A DNA stretch of 64,000 nt from an uncultured bacterium (GCA_964603725.1 CAZRWW010000001.1:5634-69633); one strand, 5' to 3'; shown: positions 7,680 to 16,975, counted from the stretch's first letter. Made by a program: numbers and translations. The notes: generated by a model not told the origin, from the letters alone.

Positions 7680-10274
7680 TTGGGATTCCTGGCACTGATC
7701 ATCTTCCTGGGCAGCGCCCTCGTGTCGCGCTGGTCGGTGCTGCGCAGGCTCGATGCCGAGCGCCGCCTGCAGTGGATGGCGGCACTCTGCCTGATGGGCC
7801 TCGTGCTCCTGCGCCTGTCCGCGCCGGCCGTCAACCGTGCCATCTTAGCCGGTGAGAGCCCATCCTTCCAGACGCACTTGGTTGTCATCCTGGCGGGGAT
7901 CACCGCGTCGTTGGCCCTCGGGCTGGGCTGGAGCCCGGCGGTGGATGACAGCCGCCGGGGCGTGCCCCGCACCGTGATCATCGTACTCTTCCTTGCGTCG
8001 CTGATTGGCTCGTTGCTGGGACAGCCCTGGCTGCCCGCGCTGGCTCTGCCGGTGGCGACCCGGACCGGCTGGTCTCGCGGCGTGGCGGAACAGCGGCACC
8101 CGCTGGCGACTTTGATCGGCCTGGTGGGGTTCGTGGCGGTGCTGGCCTGGCCGTCGCTGGCTTCCCCGACCGGCAGCGTGCTTGCGTCCGGAGGGCCCGT
8201 CGGCACCTCGCTCTTCAGCTTCGCGCGGATCTTCCTGGCGGTGCAGCTCGGTATGCTCACGCTGCGCTACACCCTGGGGCTGATTTTCGGCCCGCGGCGG
8301 ATCGGCCGGCGTCTGCTCGTCTCGCACATGCTCGCCGGGCTGGTGCCGGTGGCCCTGGTGTCGCTGTTCGCGGTGCTGATCGCGCTGCTGGCTCTCGCCA
8401 GCTTCCGCGCGCGCGCCGCGATCGACCTGCTCGCCGTCCAGCACCGGCTCTCCGAGGAGATGCTCGCCCATGCAGTCAACGAGACGCTGGAGGACGTAGG
8501 TATCCGGCGGCTCGGTCCGGTGGGGTACTGGTCGGCCGAGCTATTGTCGGAGCTGGCGGTCGGCGTACGCGACCGCTGGCCCGCGGCCGCGTACTGGGGG
8601 CCGGATCGTACCGACGGCGAGCGCCGGCGGCCCGACTACATCCACGTCGCGTTCCGATCGCCGGACGGCGGCTTCGCGGTCATGAGCCACGCCGTCCGCG
8701 CAGATTCGCTCCGCGTGCCGGTCTACGCCTGGCTCACGCGGCCGGAGGACAGGGTCGGCTGCGGCCTGGTCAAGACCCAGGGCACGAGCCTCCACGTGGC
8801 CGACTTCCGCTTCGCGGTGGGCGCCCCGGACGACAGCAGCTCGATCCGCATCCAGCTCGTCGAGCGCTTGCCGGGCGGGCGGGTGCGCGCTCTGGATGAG
8901 CATCTGGACGGTCGCGCCAGCATCGAAGAGCTGTTCCGCTACCGCCTCAATGAGCGCGGTGGGCTCGAGTTCATCTCGGGCGAGCCCGACGCGAATTCGG
9001 GGATCGATCTGGGAGGCGCGAGCCTGGGGCGACCGGGGCGGCACAACTCGTCGGTCTTCAACACGGGCATCGCCTACCGGCTGATGCCGGCCCAGGAGTG
9101 GGTGCCCCGCGAGGCAGCGGCAGGGCGCGATGCCGGGGCGTCAGGGGCATCGGAGGCCGAACCGGCGGACGCCGGCGTGCTCGGCGAGTGGGGCCGCATC
9201 CGGATGGCGGTGCTGGGCATCGCCACGCCCCGCGACCTGGCGCCCGCGATGCCCGCCGGCGGGACGCCGGTCGAGTACTTCCCGATCTTCATCCTGGCGG
9301 CGGTGCTGCTGGTCTTCGTCGGCGTGGAGAGCTTCGCTTTCCTCTCGGCGCTGCGCATGGGTCGCGCGATCGCGCAGGCGGTGAGCGCGCTGCGCTTCGG
9401 GACCGAGCGTTTGCGGCACGGCGATCTTTCCCACCGCATCCAGGTGTCAGGCCGCGACGAGCTGGCGACTCTGGGCGAGGCCTTCAACGAGATGGCCATC
9501 GGCCTGGAGGAAGGCCGCCGCACGCTGCTGGAGAAGGAGCGCCTCGAGAGTGAATTGGCCCTGGCGCGCCAGATCCAGCAGCGCCTCCTGCCGGCCCAGC
9601 CGCCGCCGGTGCCCGGGCTGCAGCTCGCGGGAGTGTCCGTGCCGGCGCGCGAGGTCGGCGGAGACTACTACGACTATCTGCCCCTCCCGGATGGCCGCCT
9701 GCTGGTGGCCCTGGCCGATGTCTCCGGCAAGGGCGCGCCGGCGGCTCTGCTCATGTCCAGCCTGCGCGCGTCGCTGCACAGCATGCTCGACGACCGCACG
9801 GACCTGGCCCACCTCGCCGGGCGGATCAACCGGTTCGTGTACGCCTCGACGTCGGCGAGCGAATTCGTCACGCTCTTCTTCGGGATGATCGACGGCCGCA
9901 CGGGCCGTTGCACCTACGTGAATGCCGGTCACGAGTATCCGTTCCTGGTCCGGAGCGACGGGCATCTTGAGCGCCTCACGGACGGAGGCTTGCTGATGGG
10001 CACATTCCCCGACGCCAAGTACGTGGAAGCCACCGTCACGCTGGAGCCCGGCGACCTGCTGTTCCTCTTCACCGACGGACTGACCGAGGCTCACGGGCCC
10101 GGGGAGCAGATGTTCGGAGAGCGGCGTTGCGAGGAGTGTCTGCGCATGCACGCGCGGCAGGATCCGGATCAGCTCCTGCAGGCGGCCCTGAGCAGCGTGG
10201 ATGACTTCGTGCGCGGCGCCGAAGCGGCCGACGACATCACGCTGCTGGCCATCCGCAAGGTCCTGCCGGCGTAG
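7680..10274 (+). CDS. Membrane sensor PP2C-type Ser/Thr phosphatase (multi-TM N-terminus, periplasmic sensor, HAMP, SpoIIE/RsbU-like PP2C)
   Basis: About 8 predicted TM helices, then a ~270-aa extracytoplasmic domain, then a HAMP linker (LATLGEAFNEMAIGL). The PP2C domain follows (GGDYYDY ... ALADVSGKG ... FTDGLTEA ... DDITLLAIR). The start is uncertain. A TTG at 7680 preceded by GGAGGA is preferred, with in-frame ATGs at 7494 and 7551 as alternatives. Confidence 0.7.
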   Translation: MGFLALIIFLGSALVSRWSVLRRLDAERRLQWMAALCLMGLVLLRLSAPAVNRAILAGESPSFQTHLVVILAGITASLALGLGWSPAVDDSRRGVPRTVIIVLFLASLIGSLLGQPWLPALALPVATRTGWSRGVAEQRHPLATLIGLVGFVAVLAWPSLASPTGSVLASGGPVGTSLFSFARIFLAVQLGMLTLRYTLGLIFGPRRIGRRLLVSHMLAGLVPVALVSLFAVLIALLALASFRARAAIDLLAVQHRLSEEMLAHAVNETLEDVGIRRLGPVGYWSAELLSELAVGVRDRWPAAAYWGPDRTDGERRRPDYIHVAFRSPDGGFAVMSHAVRADSLRVPVYAWLTRPEDRVGCGLVKTQGTSLHVADFRFAVGAPDDSSSIRIQLVERLPGGRVRALDEHLDGRASIEELFRYRLNERGGLEFISGEPDANSGIDLGGASLGRPGRHNSSVFNTGIAYRLMPAQEWVPREAAAGRDAGASGASEAEPADAGVLGEWGRIRMAVLGIATPRDLAPAMPAGGTPVEYFPIFILAAVLLVFVGVESFAFLSALRMGRAIAQAVSALRFGTERLRHGDLSHRIQVSGRDELATLGEAFNEMAIGLEEGRRTLLEKERLESELALARQIQQRLLPAQPPPVPGLQLAGVSVPAREVGGDYYDYLPLPDGRLLVALADVSGKGAPAALLMSSLRASLHSMLDDRTDLAHLAGRINRFVYASTSASEFVTLFFGMIDGRTGRCTYVNAGHEYPFLVRSDGHLERLTDGGLLMGTFPDAKYVEATVTLEPGDLLFLFTDGLTEAHGPGEQMFGERRCEECLRMHARQDPDQLLQAALSSVDDFVRGAEAADDITLLAIRKVLPA

Positions 10275-10362
10275 CCGACCGAGCCGCTAGTGATCTCACG
10301 GCCATTCCGGAACGATCTCCGCGCGATCGCCGGGCGATCTTGGGAAATGCTCCCGAGAATCC

Positions 10363-12054
10363 TCAAGAGCGCTCCAGCGCCTGGTGGAGCTTGCCCTCGA
10401 GCTCGGTCGCGACCCGATCCGCCAGCGACCGGGCCAGGTCGAGCGCGGCCCGGGCACGGCTGCGCGCGTCGCGGGTGAAATCGGACGGGGCCAATCCCTG
10501 CAGGTTGATCAGCACGTTGTAGAAGGCGCCCTCAGCGCAGGTGCGGGCCGCCAGCGCGGATACGCCGGCATCGCTGAGCGAGTTCTGATTGCCCTTGGCC
10601 GCAACGATCGCCGCCAGCTCGAAAACCGACACGCTGCGCTCGAGCACCCCCAGGGGCACGAGGGTGGCCTGCTCGGTCGCCCGGCGGATGGCGTCGTCCC
10701 GCGCGGCGATCTCCTGGTCGGTCTTCTTGGGCAGGCGCATGGCGGCCATCAGCTCGTTGAAGGAGTCCGTGTCGCGGTCCACGTCCAGCAGGAACTCGTC
10801 CTTGAGCCGGTGCGCCTTGGCCGCCACCTCGGCCAGCTCGCCCTGCATGGCTTCGTAGCCCTTCTTGCCCTGCGTCAACGCTGCGACCATCGCCGCCAGC
10901 CCGGCGCCCAGCGCGCCGCAGAGCGCGGCCACGCTGCCGCCGCCCGGGGCCGGCGAGTCGCTGGCCAGCTCGTCGACGAAACCGGCGCAGGTCAGATCGA
11001 CGAGCGCGTTCTCCCGCCCGCCCACCCGGTATTCGATGATCTTCTCCTCGGGCTTGAAGAGAGCGACGTCGTTCAGCCCCAGCGAGCGCACGGCGATGTG
11101 GACGAGCTGGCGCTCGGAGACGCCCGGCCACTTGCCCTGCCGCGCCAGATAGTGACGCCCCGCCATGAGCATCGCCTCGAGCGGCACCAGGCCAACGATC
11201 TCGCTGCCCGTGATCCGCAGGCCGTACTTGGCCCCCACGTCGCAGCAGGTGTCGAACGCCAGATGGATCGGCGTGACGTGGAAGTTGGTCAGGTTGATCG
11301 AGACCTGCGCCTGGCCGTATTCCTCGATCATCCAGCCGACCGCCCGGCACTCCTGCAGCAAGCCCGCCTCGCGCACCTTGTTGCCTTCGGCGTCGCGGAC
11401 GAACTTGCCCGTCGCGTCGCGCTTGAAGCGCCCGGTTTCGCGGATGTCGAGCGCAATCTGATGCGCCAGCTCCTTGTCGCGCGTGTTGACGTTGACGTTG
11501 TAGGCGATCAGGAACTGCCGGGCCCCGATCACCACCGCGCCGGTCTTGGGCAGGAATTCGTCGGGACCGTAGTCGGGCTTCCACTCGGGCTTGCCGACCT
11601 TGTCGGGCCAGGCTTCGTATTCGCCCGCGCGGATGTCCGCCAGGCTCCTGCGCTCGGGGCGCGTGGCGGCGTGCTCGTAGAGAAAGACCGGAATGCCCAG
11701 CTCCGCGCCGACCTGCCGGCCCAGGCGATGGGCCAGCTCGGCGCATTCCTCCATCGTCACCCCCGCAACCGGCACGAACGGACAGACGTCCGTGGCGCCC
11801 TGGCGGGGGTGTTCGCCGGTGTGCTTGCGCATGTCGATGAGCTCGGCCGCCTTGCGGATCAGGCGGAAGGCGCCCTCCACCACGGCGTCGGGCTCACCGA
11901 CGAAGGTGATCACGGTGCGGTTGGTGGCCGCGCCGGGATCGACGTCCAGCAGCGTCACGCCGTCGACCGCCGCGGCCTCGGCCGTGATCGCGTCGATCAC
12001 TTTCCGATCGCGACCCTCACTGATGTTGGGGACGCACTCGACGAGCTTCCTCAT
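10363..12054 (-). CDS. ftcD: Bifunctional glutamate formimidoyltransferase / formimidoyltetrahydrofolate cyclodeaminase
   Basis: The N-terminus MRKLVECVPNISEGRD is the formiminotransferase hallmark, and the C-terminal ~200 aa are cyclodeaminase-like. The start is at 12054 with GGAGG upstream. Confidence 0.85.
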   Translation of the reverse strand: MRKLVECVPNISEGRDRKVIDAITAEAAAVDGVTLLDVDPGAATNRTVITFVGEPDAVVEGAFRLIRKAAELIDMRKHTGEHPRQGATDVCPFVPVAGVTMEECAELAHRLGRQVGAELGIPVFLYEHAATRPERRSLADIRAGEYEAWPDKVGKPEWKPDYGPDEFLPKTGAVVIGARQFLIAYNVNVNTRDKELAHQIALDIRETGRFKRDATGKFVRDAEGNKVREAGLLQECRAVGWMIEEYGQAQVSINLTNFHVTPIHLAFDTCCDVGAKYGLRITGSEIVGLVPLEAMLMAGRHYLARQGKWPGVSERQLVHIAVRSLGLNDVALFKPEEKIIEYRVGGRENALVDLTCAGFVDELASDSPAPGGGSVAALCGALGAGLAAMVAALTQGKKGYEAMQGELAEVAAKAHRLKDEFLLDVDRDTDSFNELMAAMRLPKKTDQEIAARDDAIRRATEQATLVPLGVLERSVSVFELAAIVAAKGNQNSLSDAGVSALAARTCAEGAFYNVLINLQGLAPSDFTRDARSRARAALDLARSLADRVATELEGKLHQALERS

Positions 12055-12227
12055 CTCGAACCTCCGAGGGGTCTGGGCGCTTTCCCGGCCGCCCGTGCGC
12101 CGCGCCGCGCCGCCGCCGAGGCGGCAGCGCCGGCCGAGTCGCAAGGTCGACGATGCTAGCACAGGCTCGGCCGCGGCGCCAACGCGGCGACCGGCGCCGT
12201 GGCATCCCGGGGGCTCGGGCGGGAGCG

Positions 12228-12659
12228 TTACTCGCAGAAGACCCGCACGCTGTCACCTTGCGCGGTGGCCACGTCGACATTGATCTCCCTGAGCGCATCC
12301 ACCAGCTCTTCGCCGTGCAGCTCGGCGAGGTGCGAGAGATCGATGCCCTTCTCGTCGAGCTTCTGGGTCGCATGCGACGGCACCAGGGCCGTCAGCTTGA
12401 TACCGGTGCGCACGAGCGCCAGGGGCACGCGAACATTGACCTTGTCGCCATCGGCGCTGTCGACCAGCACGCGCAAGTACTTGGGCGGACCCGTCGTGAT
12501 GGCCTGCCCGTCTGCGCCTCCGCTCCCGGGCGCCGCGCCGCCGGCGCCGGCCGCGGACCGCGCCTTCTCCAGGCGCTCCAGGAGCCGCTCGGCTTCGTCA
12601 GCCGTAATCTTGCCCTCCGCCAGCATCTTCAGAACCTGGATCCGCTCTTCGGACATCAT
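12228..12659 (-). CDS. YvlB/LiaF-like small protein: SHOCT-like N-terminal helix (IQVLKMLAEGKITADEAERLLERL), Gly/Ala linker, beta-rich C-terminal domain
   Basis: 143 aa. The N-terminal motif mirrors the C-terminus of the upstream DUF2089 protein. It is the third gene of a tightly packed operon. Confidence 0.5.
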   Translation of the reverse strand: MMSEERIQVLKMLAEGKITADEAERLLERLEKARSAAGAGGAAPGSGGADGQAITTGPPKYLRVLVDSADGDKVNVRVPLALVRTGIKLTALVPSHATQKLDEKGIDLSHLAELHGEELVDALREINVDVATAQGDSVRVFCE

Positions 12660-12672
12660 CGACCTCCTTGGC

Positions 12673-12930
12673 CTAGAGGAACCACAGGTAGACGCGCTCG
12701 CCGTCGTTCGAGCGCACGTCCACCCTGGTGCCGTGCAAGTGACAGACAGCCCGCAAACCGAACCACCCGTAGCGCCACGCCGAGGATCGGGGGCTGTGCG
12801 CGGGGAAGATCAGCCGCAGCAGTCCGATGCCGAGCGCCGCCAGCAGCAGCAGCGGCCACAGCAGGAAGAACGGCAGCGGCACCGGCCAGCGGCAGCGCCC
12901 CAGTCCCATCAGCAGAATCGCCGGCGGCAT
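12673..12930 (-). CDS. Small hydrophobic membrane protein, translationally coupled to the DUF2089 gene
   Basis: Start MPPAILLMGLG ... The ATG overlaps the TGA of the upstream gene (TGATG). Two predicted TM helices (LPFFLLWPLLLLAALGIGLLRLIF). Found by re-phasing track ORF 12673..13209. Confidence 0.4.
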   Translation of the reverse strand: MPPAILLMGLGRCRWPVPLPFFLLWPLLLLAALGIGLLRLIFPAHSPRSSAWRYGWFGLRAVCHLHGTRVDVRSNDGERVYLWFL

Positions 12931-13280
12931 CAGGAGATTCTCTTGAGCGCTTCCGCCACCGTGATCTCGCCCCGGGCCAGAGCCTCGAGGATCTCGCTGT
13001 GGGTCGGCGGTACCTCGAAGGTTTCGTCGAGTCGCGCGACGATGGCGTTGAGCCGGTTCTTCACGGTGGGGTAGCTGATGCCGTAGAGCGTTTCCATCCG
13101 CTTGATCGAGCCGTGCGAGCGCAGGAAGTTGTGCACGAAGACCTGCTCCTCGGGCGACAGGGAGCCCAGCACGGAGACGGTGAACTCCCCCTCCAGGGTC
13201 ACGCCGCACGCTGAGCAGTGAACCTGGCGGACTTGCATGGGCCGGCCGCAGTCAGGACAGCGTGCTTTGGCTATGTCCAT
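12930..13280 (-). CDS. DUF2089-like zinc-ribbon plus HTH protein (putative transcriptional regulator)
   Basis: MDIAKARCPDCGRPMQV ... CSACGV (CxxC ... CxxC zinc ribbon), an HTH-like segment (YGISYPTVKNRLN), and a C-terminal ILEALARGEITVAEALKRI. The start is at 13280 with GGAGGAACAA upstream. Confidence 0.6.
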   Translation of the reverse strand: MDIAKARCPDCGRPMQVRQVHCSACGVTLEGEFTVSVLGSLSPEEQVFVHNFLRSHGSIKRMETLYGISYPTVKNRLNAIVARLDETFEVPPTHSEILEALARGEITVAEALKRIS

Positions 13281-13284
13281 TTGT

Positions 13285-13350
13285 TCCTCCAGGAAGATCA
13301 TTGAACTCTCATATATACTATGAAAAATCAATATCGGTTTCAATAAAAAC
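13285..13350. promoter_or_regulatory. AT-rich divergent promoter/operator region with inverted repeat TCATAtatacTATGA (13309-13323) and TCAATA direct repeats; candidate NikR operator
   Basis: About 65 bp at roughly 30% GC in a 70% GC background. It lies between the divergent DUF2089 operon and the nickel-uptake operon. The half-sites resemble the E. coli NikR box GTATGA-N16-TCATAC but with a 5-bp spacer. Confidence 0.35.
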
Positions 13351-13493
13351 GATACTCCTCGACCATTGATCCGACCTCCTCGGGGACGTGACCTCCTTGC
13401 CCCCGCGTCCCCGCCCCTCCGCGAAGCGCCTTGACAAGCAGCGCGCCATCCGAGATGGTGTTACGAAAGACACAGTCGTAATACGAGGTGGTC

Positions 13494-14213
13494 ATGCGAA
13501 GTCGCTTCCTCACAGCGCTTCTGGCCCTTGGGCTGCTGGCAGTGATCCGGCCCGGGGAAGCGCGGGCGCACGAGCTGTGGCTCGAGCGCGACCAGGAGGG
13601 TCTGCTGCTGCGCTACGGGCACCTGCCCTCGGGCCACGAGGGCCCGCGCCTCATTCCTTACGCCCCGGAGATCGTGCAGCGCGTTGCGTGCCATGACGCG
13701 CAGGGTCAGGCAATGGCCTGCGCTCCCAGCCCAGCCTACCCGCTGCGGATCGAGTGCGCCTGCGCGGCGACCTGTGTGCTGATCTCCTCGGGGTTTTGGA
13801 CCAAGACGCCCTATGGAACGCGGAACGTGCCCAAGACCGAAGCGCAGAGACCCATTCGCAGTTGGCTGTCCTACGAGAGCGTCAAGCGTCTCGACGCGTG
13901 GAGCGATGCCCTGGCCAATCCCCTCACGCAGGATCTGGAGCTCGTCCCTCTGGAGAACCCCCTGGTTCTCAGGGAAGGAGACAAGCTGGATCTGCTGGTG
14001 GCCCATGGCGGCCGGCCGGTCGCCGGAGCCATCGTGAACTACGGCGACAAACCGCGCGGGCAGACCGGTCAGAACGGCCGGATCAACGTGCGTCTCAAGC
14101 ACGGCGGTCTGCAGAGCCTCCAGGCCAGCCTCACGCTTCCCGCCGACGGGACGCTGGCGGACGAAATCGTCCACACCGCGACCCTCAACTTCGAGCTGGC
14201 GAGGCGGCCGTGA
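13494..14213 (+). CDS. Periplasmic DUF4198-like protein (nickel/cobalt uptake accessory protein)
   Basis: Signal peptide followed by HELWLER immediately after the cleavage site, as in the DUF4198 family. It is the first gene of the operon containing cbiM/nikM. GAGGTG RBS. Confidence 0.55.
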   Translation: MRSRFLTALLALGLLAVIRPGEARAHELWLERDQEGLLLRYGHLPSGHEGPRLIPYAPEIVQRVACHDAQGQAMACAPSPAYPLRIECACAATCVLISSGFWTKTPYGTRNVPKTEAQRPIRSWLSYESVKRLDAWSDALANPLTQDLELVPLENPLVLREGDKLDLLVAHGGRPVAGAIVNYGDKPRGQTGQNGRINVRLKHGGLQSLQASLTLPADGTLADEIVHTATLNFELARRP

Positions 14214-14695
14214 GTCACCACCCCCCCGCCCGCCGGCGGCCGTCGCGGCCGGGACGGCGGCCAGGCCTGGCGCTGGCCCTGGGCCTGCTCGCGACTCTGG
14301 CCTGCGCTCCGACCGCCGCAGCTCACGATCTCCACCACACGGTCACTTCCTCGGGAGCCGTCGTGATCGAGCTGCGCTTCGCCGACGGCACGCCCTTCAC
14401 CTTCGAGAGCTACGAGATATGCGCCCAAGATGAGTCCACGCCGGTGCAGGTCGGACGCACCGACACCCAGGGGCGCATCGCCTTCCTGCCTCCGCGGGCC
14501 GGTTCCTGGCGGCTGCGCGCCTTCGCCGACGACGGCCACGGGCTGGACATCACCTTCACGACCGACGCGGCGGCGGCGGTGGGCGCGGCCGAGATGCCCG
14601 CCTACCAGCGCCACGCCCGTCTCTTCGTGGGCTTGGGATTGATCTTCGGCATTTTCGGACTGGTGAGCCTCTTCTACCGCAGGAGGGCAAAGTGA
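14210..14695 (+). CDS. Small periplasmic protein with signal peptide, beta-rich domain and C-terminal TM anchor (transthyretin/carboxypeptidase-regulatory-like)
   Basis: GTG start overlapping the upstream stop (GTGA). SP LALALGLLATLACAPTAAAHD, and a C-terminal helix LFVGLGLIFGIFGLVSLFY followed by RRRAK. Confidence 0.45.
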   Translation: MSHHPPARRRPSRPGRRPGLALALGLLATLACAPTAAAHDLHHTVTSSGAVVIELRFADGTPFTFESYEICAQDESTPVQVGRTDTQGRIAFLPPRAGSWRLRAFADDGHGLDITFTTDAAAAVGAAEMPAYQRHARLFVGLGLIFGIFGLVSLFYRRRAK

Positions 14696-15687
14696 GACTC
14701 GCACTCTGGATGGCGGCCGGCACATTCCTGGCGGCGCTGGCGTGGGCGCCGACCGCCCAGGGGCACCATGGCGTGGCGTCCTTGGGGGTGGCCGGTCTCG
14801 AGGGTCCGGGCGCTCCGATCGAGACGTCCAGCTCCGCCACGCTCCCGGCGGGATCCGTGTTGGCCTACCTGAAGCTCGATTACGCTCGCTTCGAGACCTA
14901 CACACCCGAGCGTGACGACGAGGGCGATTTCAACGCCTTCTGGATGTACGGCCTTGGCTGGGGCGTCACATCGTATGTCTCGGTGTATGGGTTCGTCCCC
15001 TTCTACACGAAGCGCGTCGAGGACAACTCGTTCAACACATCGGGATTCGCGGACGTCGCTTTGATGGGCGTGCTGGGCTGGAAGTACGATGGCGCCTTTC
15101 GGCTCGTGCCGCGCAACGAGAGCTTGGATGACCTCGAAGACTGGCACTTCACGCTCTACGGCGGCGCCACGCTGCCCACCGGCTCGGCCAATCTGAAGGA
15201 CAGCGACGGCGCGATCGATCCGGGCATGTCGCTGGGCTTCGGGCGGCCCTCCTGGTCGGGCGGCCTCTCGGCGACGAAGCAGTTCTCGCCCCGACTCACG
15301 GGTGTGTTCGATACGTCGATCATCACCTTCGAGGAGCACGAGTACAGCGATGGGACCCGCTGCCGCTTCGGCGACGAGATGCGTGTCAACGCGGCTCTGC
15401 CCATTCGCTTGCTGGCCCACGGCGCCAAGAGCATGCGCCTCGATGCATGCCTGGAAGGCAACTATCTCCGCCTCGGCCGGGACGAGGCGGACGGGGTCGG
15501 CGAGGCCGGCACGGGCGGGCAAATGATCTACGCGGTCCCCGGCGCGCGGTTGTATGTTCAGCGCACCTCGCTCGGGGCGGGCGTCAAGGTCCCGGTCTGG
15601 ACGGATCTGAACGAAGAGGACGAACAGCAGGGGGCCGAGGGCAAGGAGAAGTACCGGTTCATCTTCAGCTTCTCGGCCATTCTCTGA
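14692..15687 (+). CDS. Outer-membrane beta-barrel protein (MetA-pathway/transporter-family-like), likely outer-membrane uptake channel
   Basis: GTGA overlap with the upstream gene, AGGAGGG RBS, a signal peptide, alternating amphipathic beta-strands, and aromatic-rich C-terminal strands (RFIFSFSAIL). Confidence 0.45.
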   Translation: MRLALWMAAGTFLAALAWAPTAQGHHGVASLGVAGLEGPGAPIETSSSATLPAGSVLAYLKLDYARFETYTPERDDEGDFNAFWMYGLGWGVTSYVSVYGFVPFYTKRVEDNSFNTSGFADVALMGVLGWKYDGAFRLVPRNESLDDLEDWHFTLYGGATLPTGSANLKDSDGAIDPGMSLGFGRPSWSGGLSATKQFSPRLTGVFDTSIITFEEHEYSDGTRCRFGDEMRVNAALPIRLLAHGAKSMRLDACLEGNYLRLGRDEADGVGEAGTGGQMIYAVPGARLYVQRTSLGAGVKVPVWTDLNEEDEQQGAEGKEKYRFIFSFSAIL

Positions 15688-15719
15688 ACGCATCCCCCGC
15701 GGGGGCAAGGCGTGCCGGC

Positions 15720-16421
15720 ATGCACATACCCGACGGCTTCATCGCGCCCCAGGTCTACTTGCCCGCCTACGTGGCCGCATCCGGCCTGTGGGTAATGGCT
15801 CTCCGCCGCCTCAAGACTCGCCTGCGCGAGGAAGCGATCCCGCGGCTGGCGGTCCTGACGGCGCTCGCCTTCGTGCTGATGATGGTGTCGATCCCCTGGC
15901 CCGGCGGAACCTCGGTCCACGCCTCGGGAGTGGCTTTGCTGGCGGTGTGCTTCGGGCCCTGGATCACGTTCGTGGCCGTTTCCCTCGTCCTGCTCATGCA
16001 GGCGCTCGTCTTCGGAGCCGGCGGCATCACCGCCCTGCCGATCAACGCGCTGGCCATGGGGCTCGCCGGCGGGCTGACCGCGTGGCTGGTCTACCGTGCC
16101 CTCGCCCGGTGGCATCGCTCAGTGGCGCTGATGGCGGCGGGCTGGTTCTCGGTAGTCGTGCCGGCTGTTCTGGTGGCCCTCGCGCTCGGCGTGCAACCCC
16201 TCTTGGCCCACGCGGACGATGGCTCGCCGCTCTTCTTTCCCTTCGGTTTGGGGATTACCCTGCCGGCGGTCGTGATCCCTCATCTCGTCTTGGGCGTCGG
16301 CGAGGGCGCGCTGACGTTGCTCGTCCTCCGACTGCTGGGGCGGTGGGACGCCGGCGCGCTCAGCGGCGATGGCTCCAGCCCGGGCGTGGCCGGCGCCGGC
16401 GATTCACGGGCGGCCACATGA
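15720..16421 (+). CDS. cbiM: ECF-type Ni/Co transporter substrate-capture component CbiM/NikM
   Basis: Begins MHIPDGF (the invariant CbiM N-terminus whose amino group binds the metal). Six TM helices. Confidence 0.85.
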   Translation: MHIPDGFIAPQVYLPAYVAASGLWVMALRRLKTRLREEAIPRLAVLTALAFVLMMVSIPWPGGTSVHASGVALLAVCFGPWITFVAVSLVLLMQALVFGAGGITALPINALAMGLAGGLTAWLVYRALARWHRSVALMAAGWFSVVVPAVLVALALGVQPLLAHADDGSPLFFPFGLGITLPAVVIPHLVLGVGEGALTLLVLRLLGRWDAGALSGDGSSPGVAGAGDSRAAT

Positions 16422-16975
16422 GGGACCGCGCGGCTCTGCTGGTGTACCTGGTCGCCGTGGTGCTGGTCACTGCCGTGCATGACCCGCGCTGGCTCGCGGC
16501 GGGGATCATCGCGGCCGGCGTAGCGGCGGGGCGCGACTGGCTCCGGATCGCGAGACGGGCTGCGCTGGCCATTCTGCTGTTCAACACGATCGTCACGGCC
16601 TCCTACGTGATCCTGGCGACGGTGCGCGGAGAGCTGTCCCTGCGGTTCGTCCTGCTGATCAACCTGCGGGTCTTCCTGCTCACCTACCTGACCTTCCTGC
16701 TGCACCGGCGCATCAACCCGTTTCGCGCGCTCGCCTTCTCGAAGACGCTGCTCTACCTGACCGTGCTGGCCCACGGGCAGGTCGTGACCTTCCAGCGCCT
16801 GCTGGCAGACGCGCGCCTCGCGCTGCGCAGCCGCAGCCTGTCTCGCCCGCGCCTGCGCGATCTCTATCGGCACGGCGCGGCGAACGCGGTATGCTTGCTC
16901 GGCAAGTCGCTGGGCGCCGCCACGGAGATCACCCAGGCCATGAGCTCGCGGGGTTTCTTCCATGATCAGGGTTGA
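16418..16975 (+). CDS. cbiQ: ECF transporter transmembrane (T) component CbiQ/NikQ; short form
   Basis: ATGA overlap with cbiM. The protein is hydrophobic at 185 aa, which is shorter than the typical ~250 aa. No separate cbiN is detected. Confidence 0.65.
   Translation: MRDRAALLVYLVAVVLVTAVHDPRWLAAGIIAAGVAAGRDWLRIARRAALAILLFNTIVTASYVILATVRGELSLRFVLLINLRVFLLTYLTFLLHRRINPFRALAFSKTLLYLTVLAHGQVVTFQRLLADARLALRSRSLSRPRLRDLYRHGAANAVCLLGKSLGAATEITQAMSSRGFFHDQG

Noticed and set aside
12673-13209. 178-aa track ORF overlapping the DUF2089 gene
   Set aside because: Only the C-terminal 86 codons (from MPPAILLM at 12930) are plausible coding sequence, a coupled small membrane protein. The N-terminal 93 codons overlap the DUF2089 gene in another frame and are Arg-rich noise.
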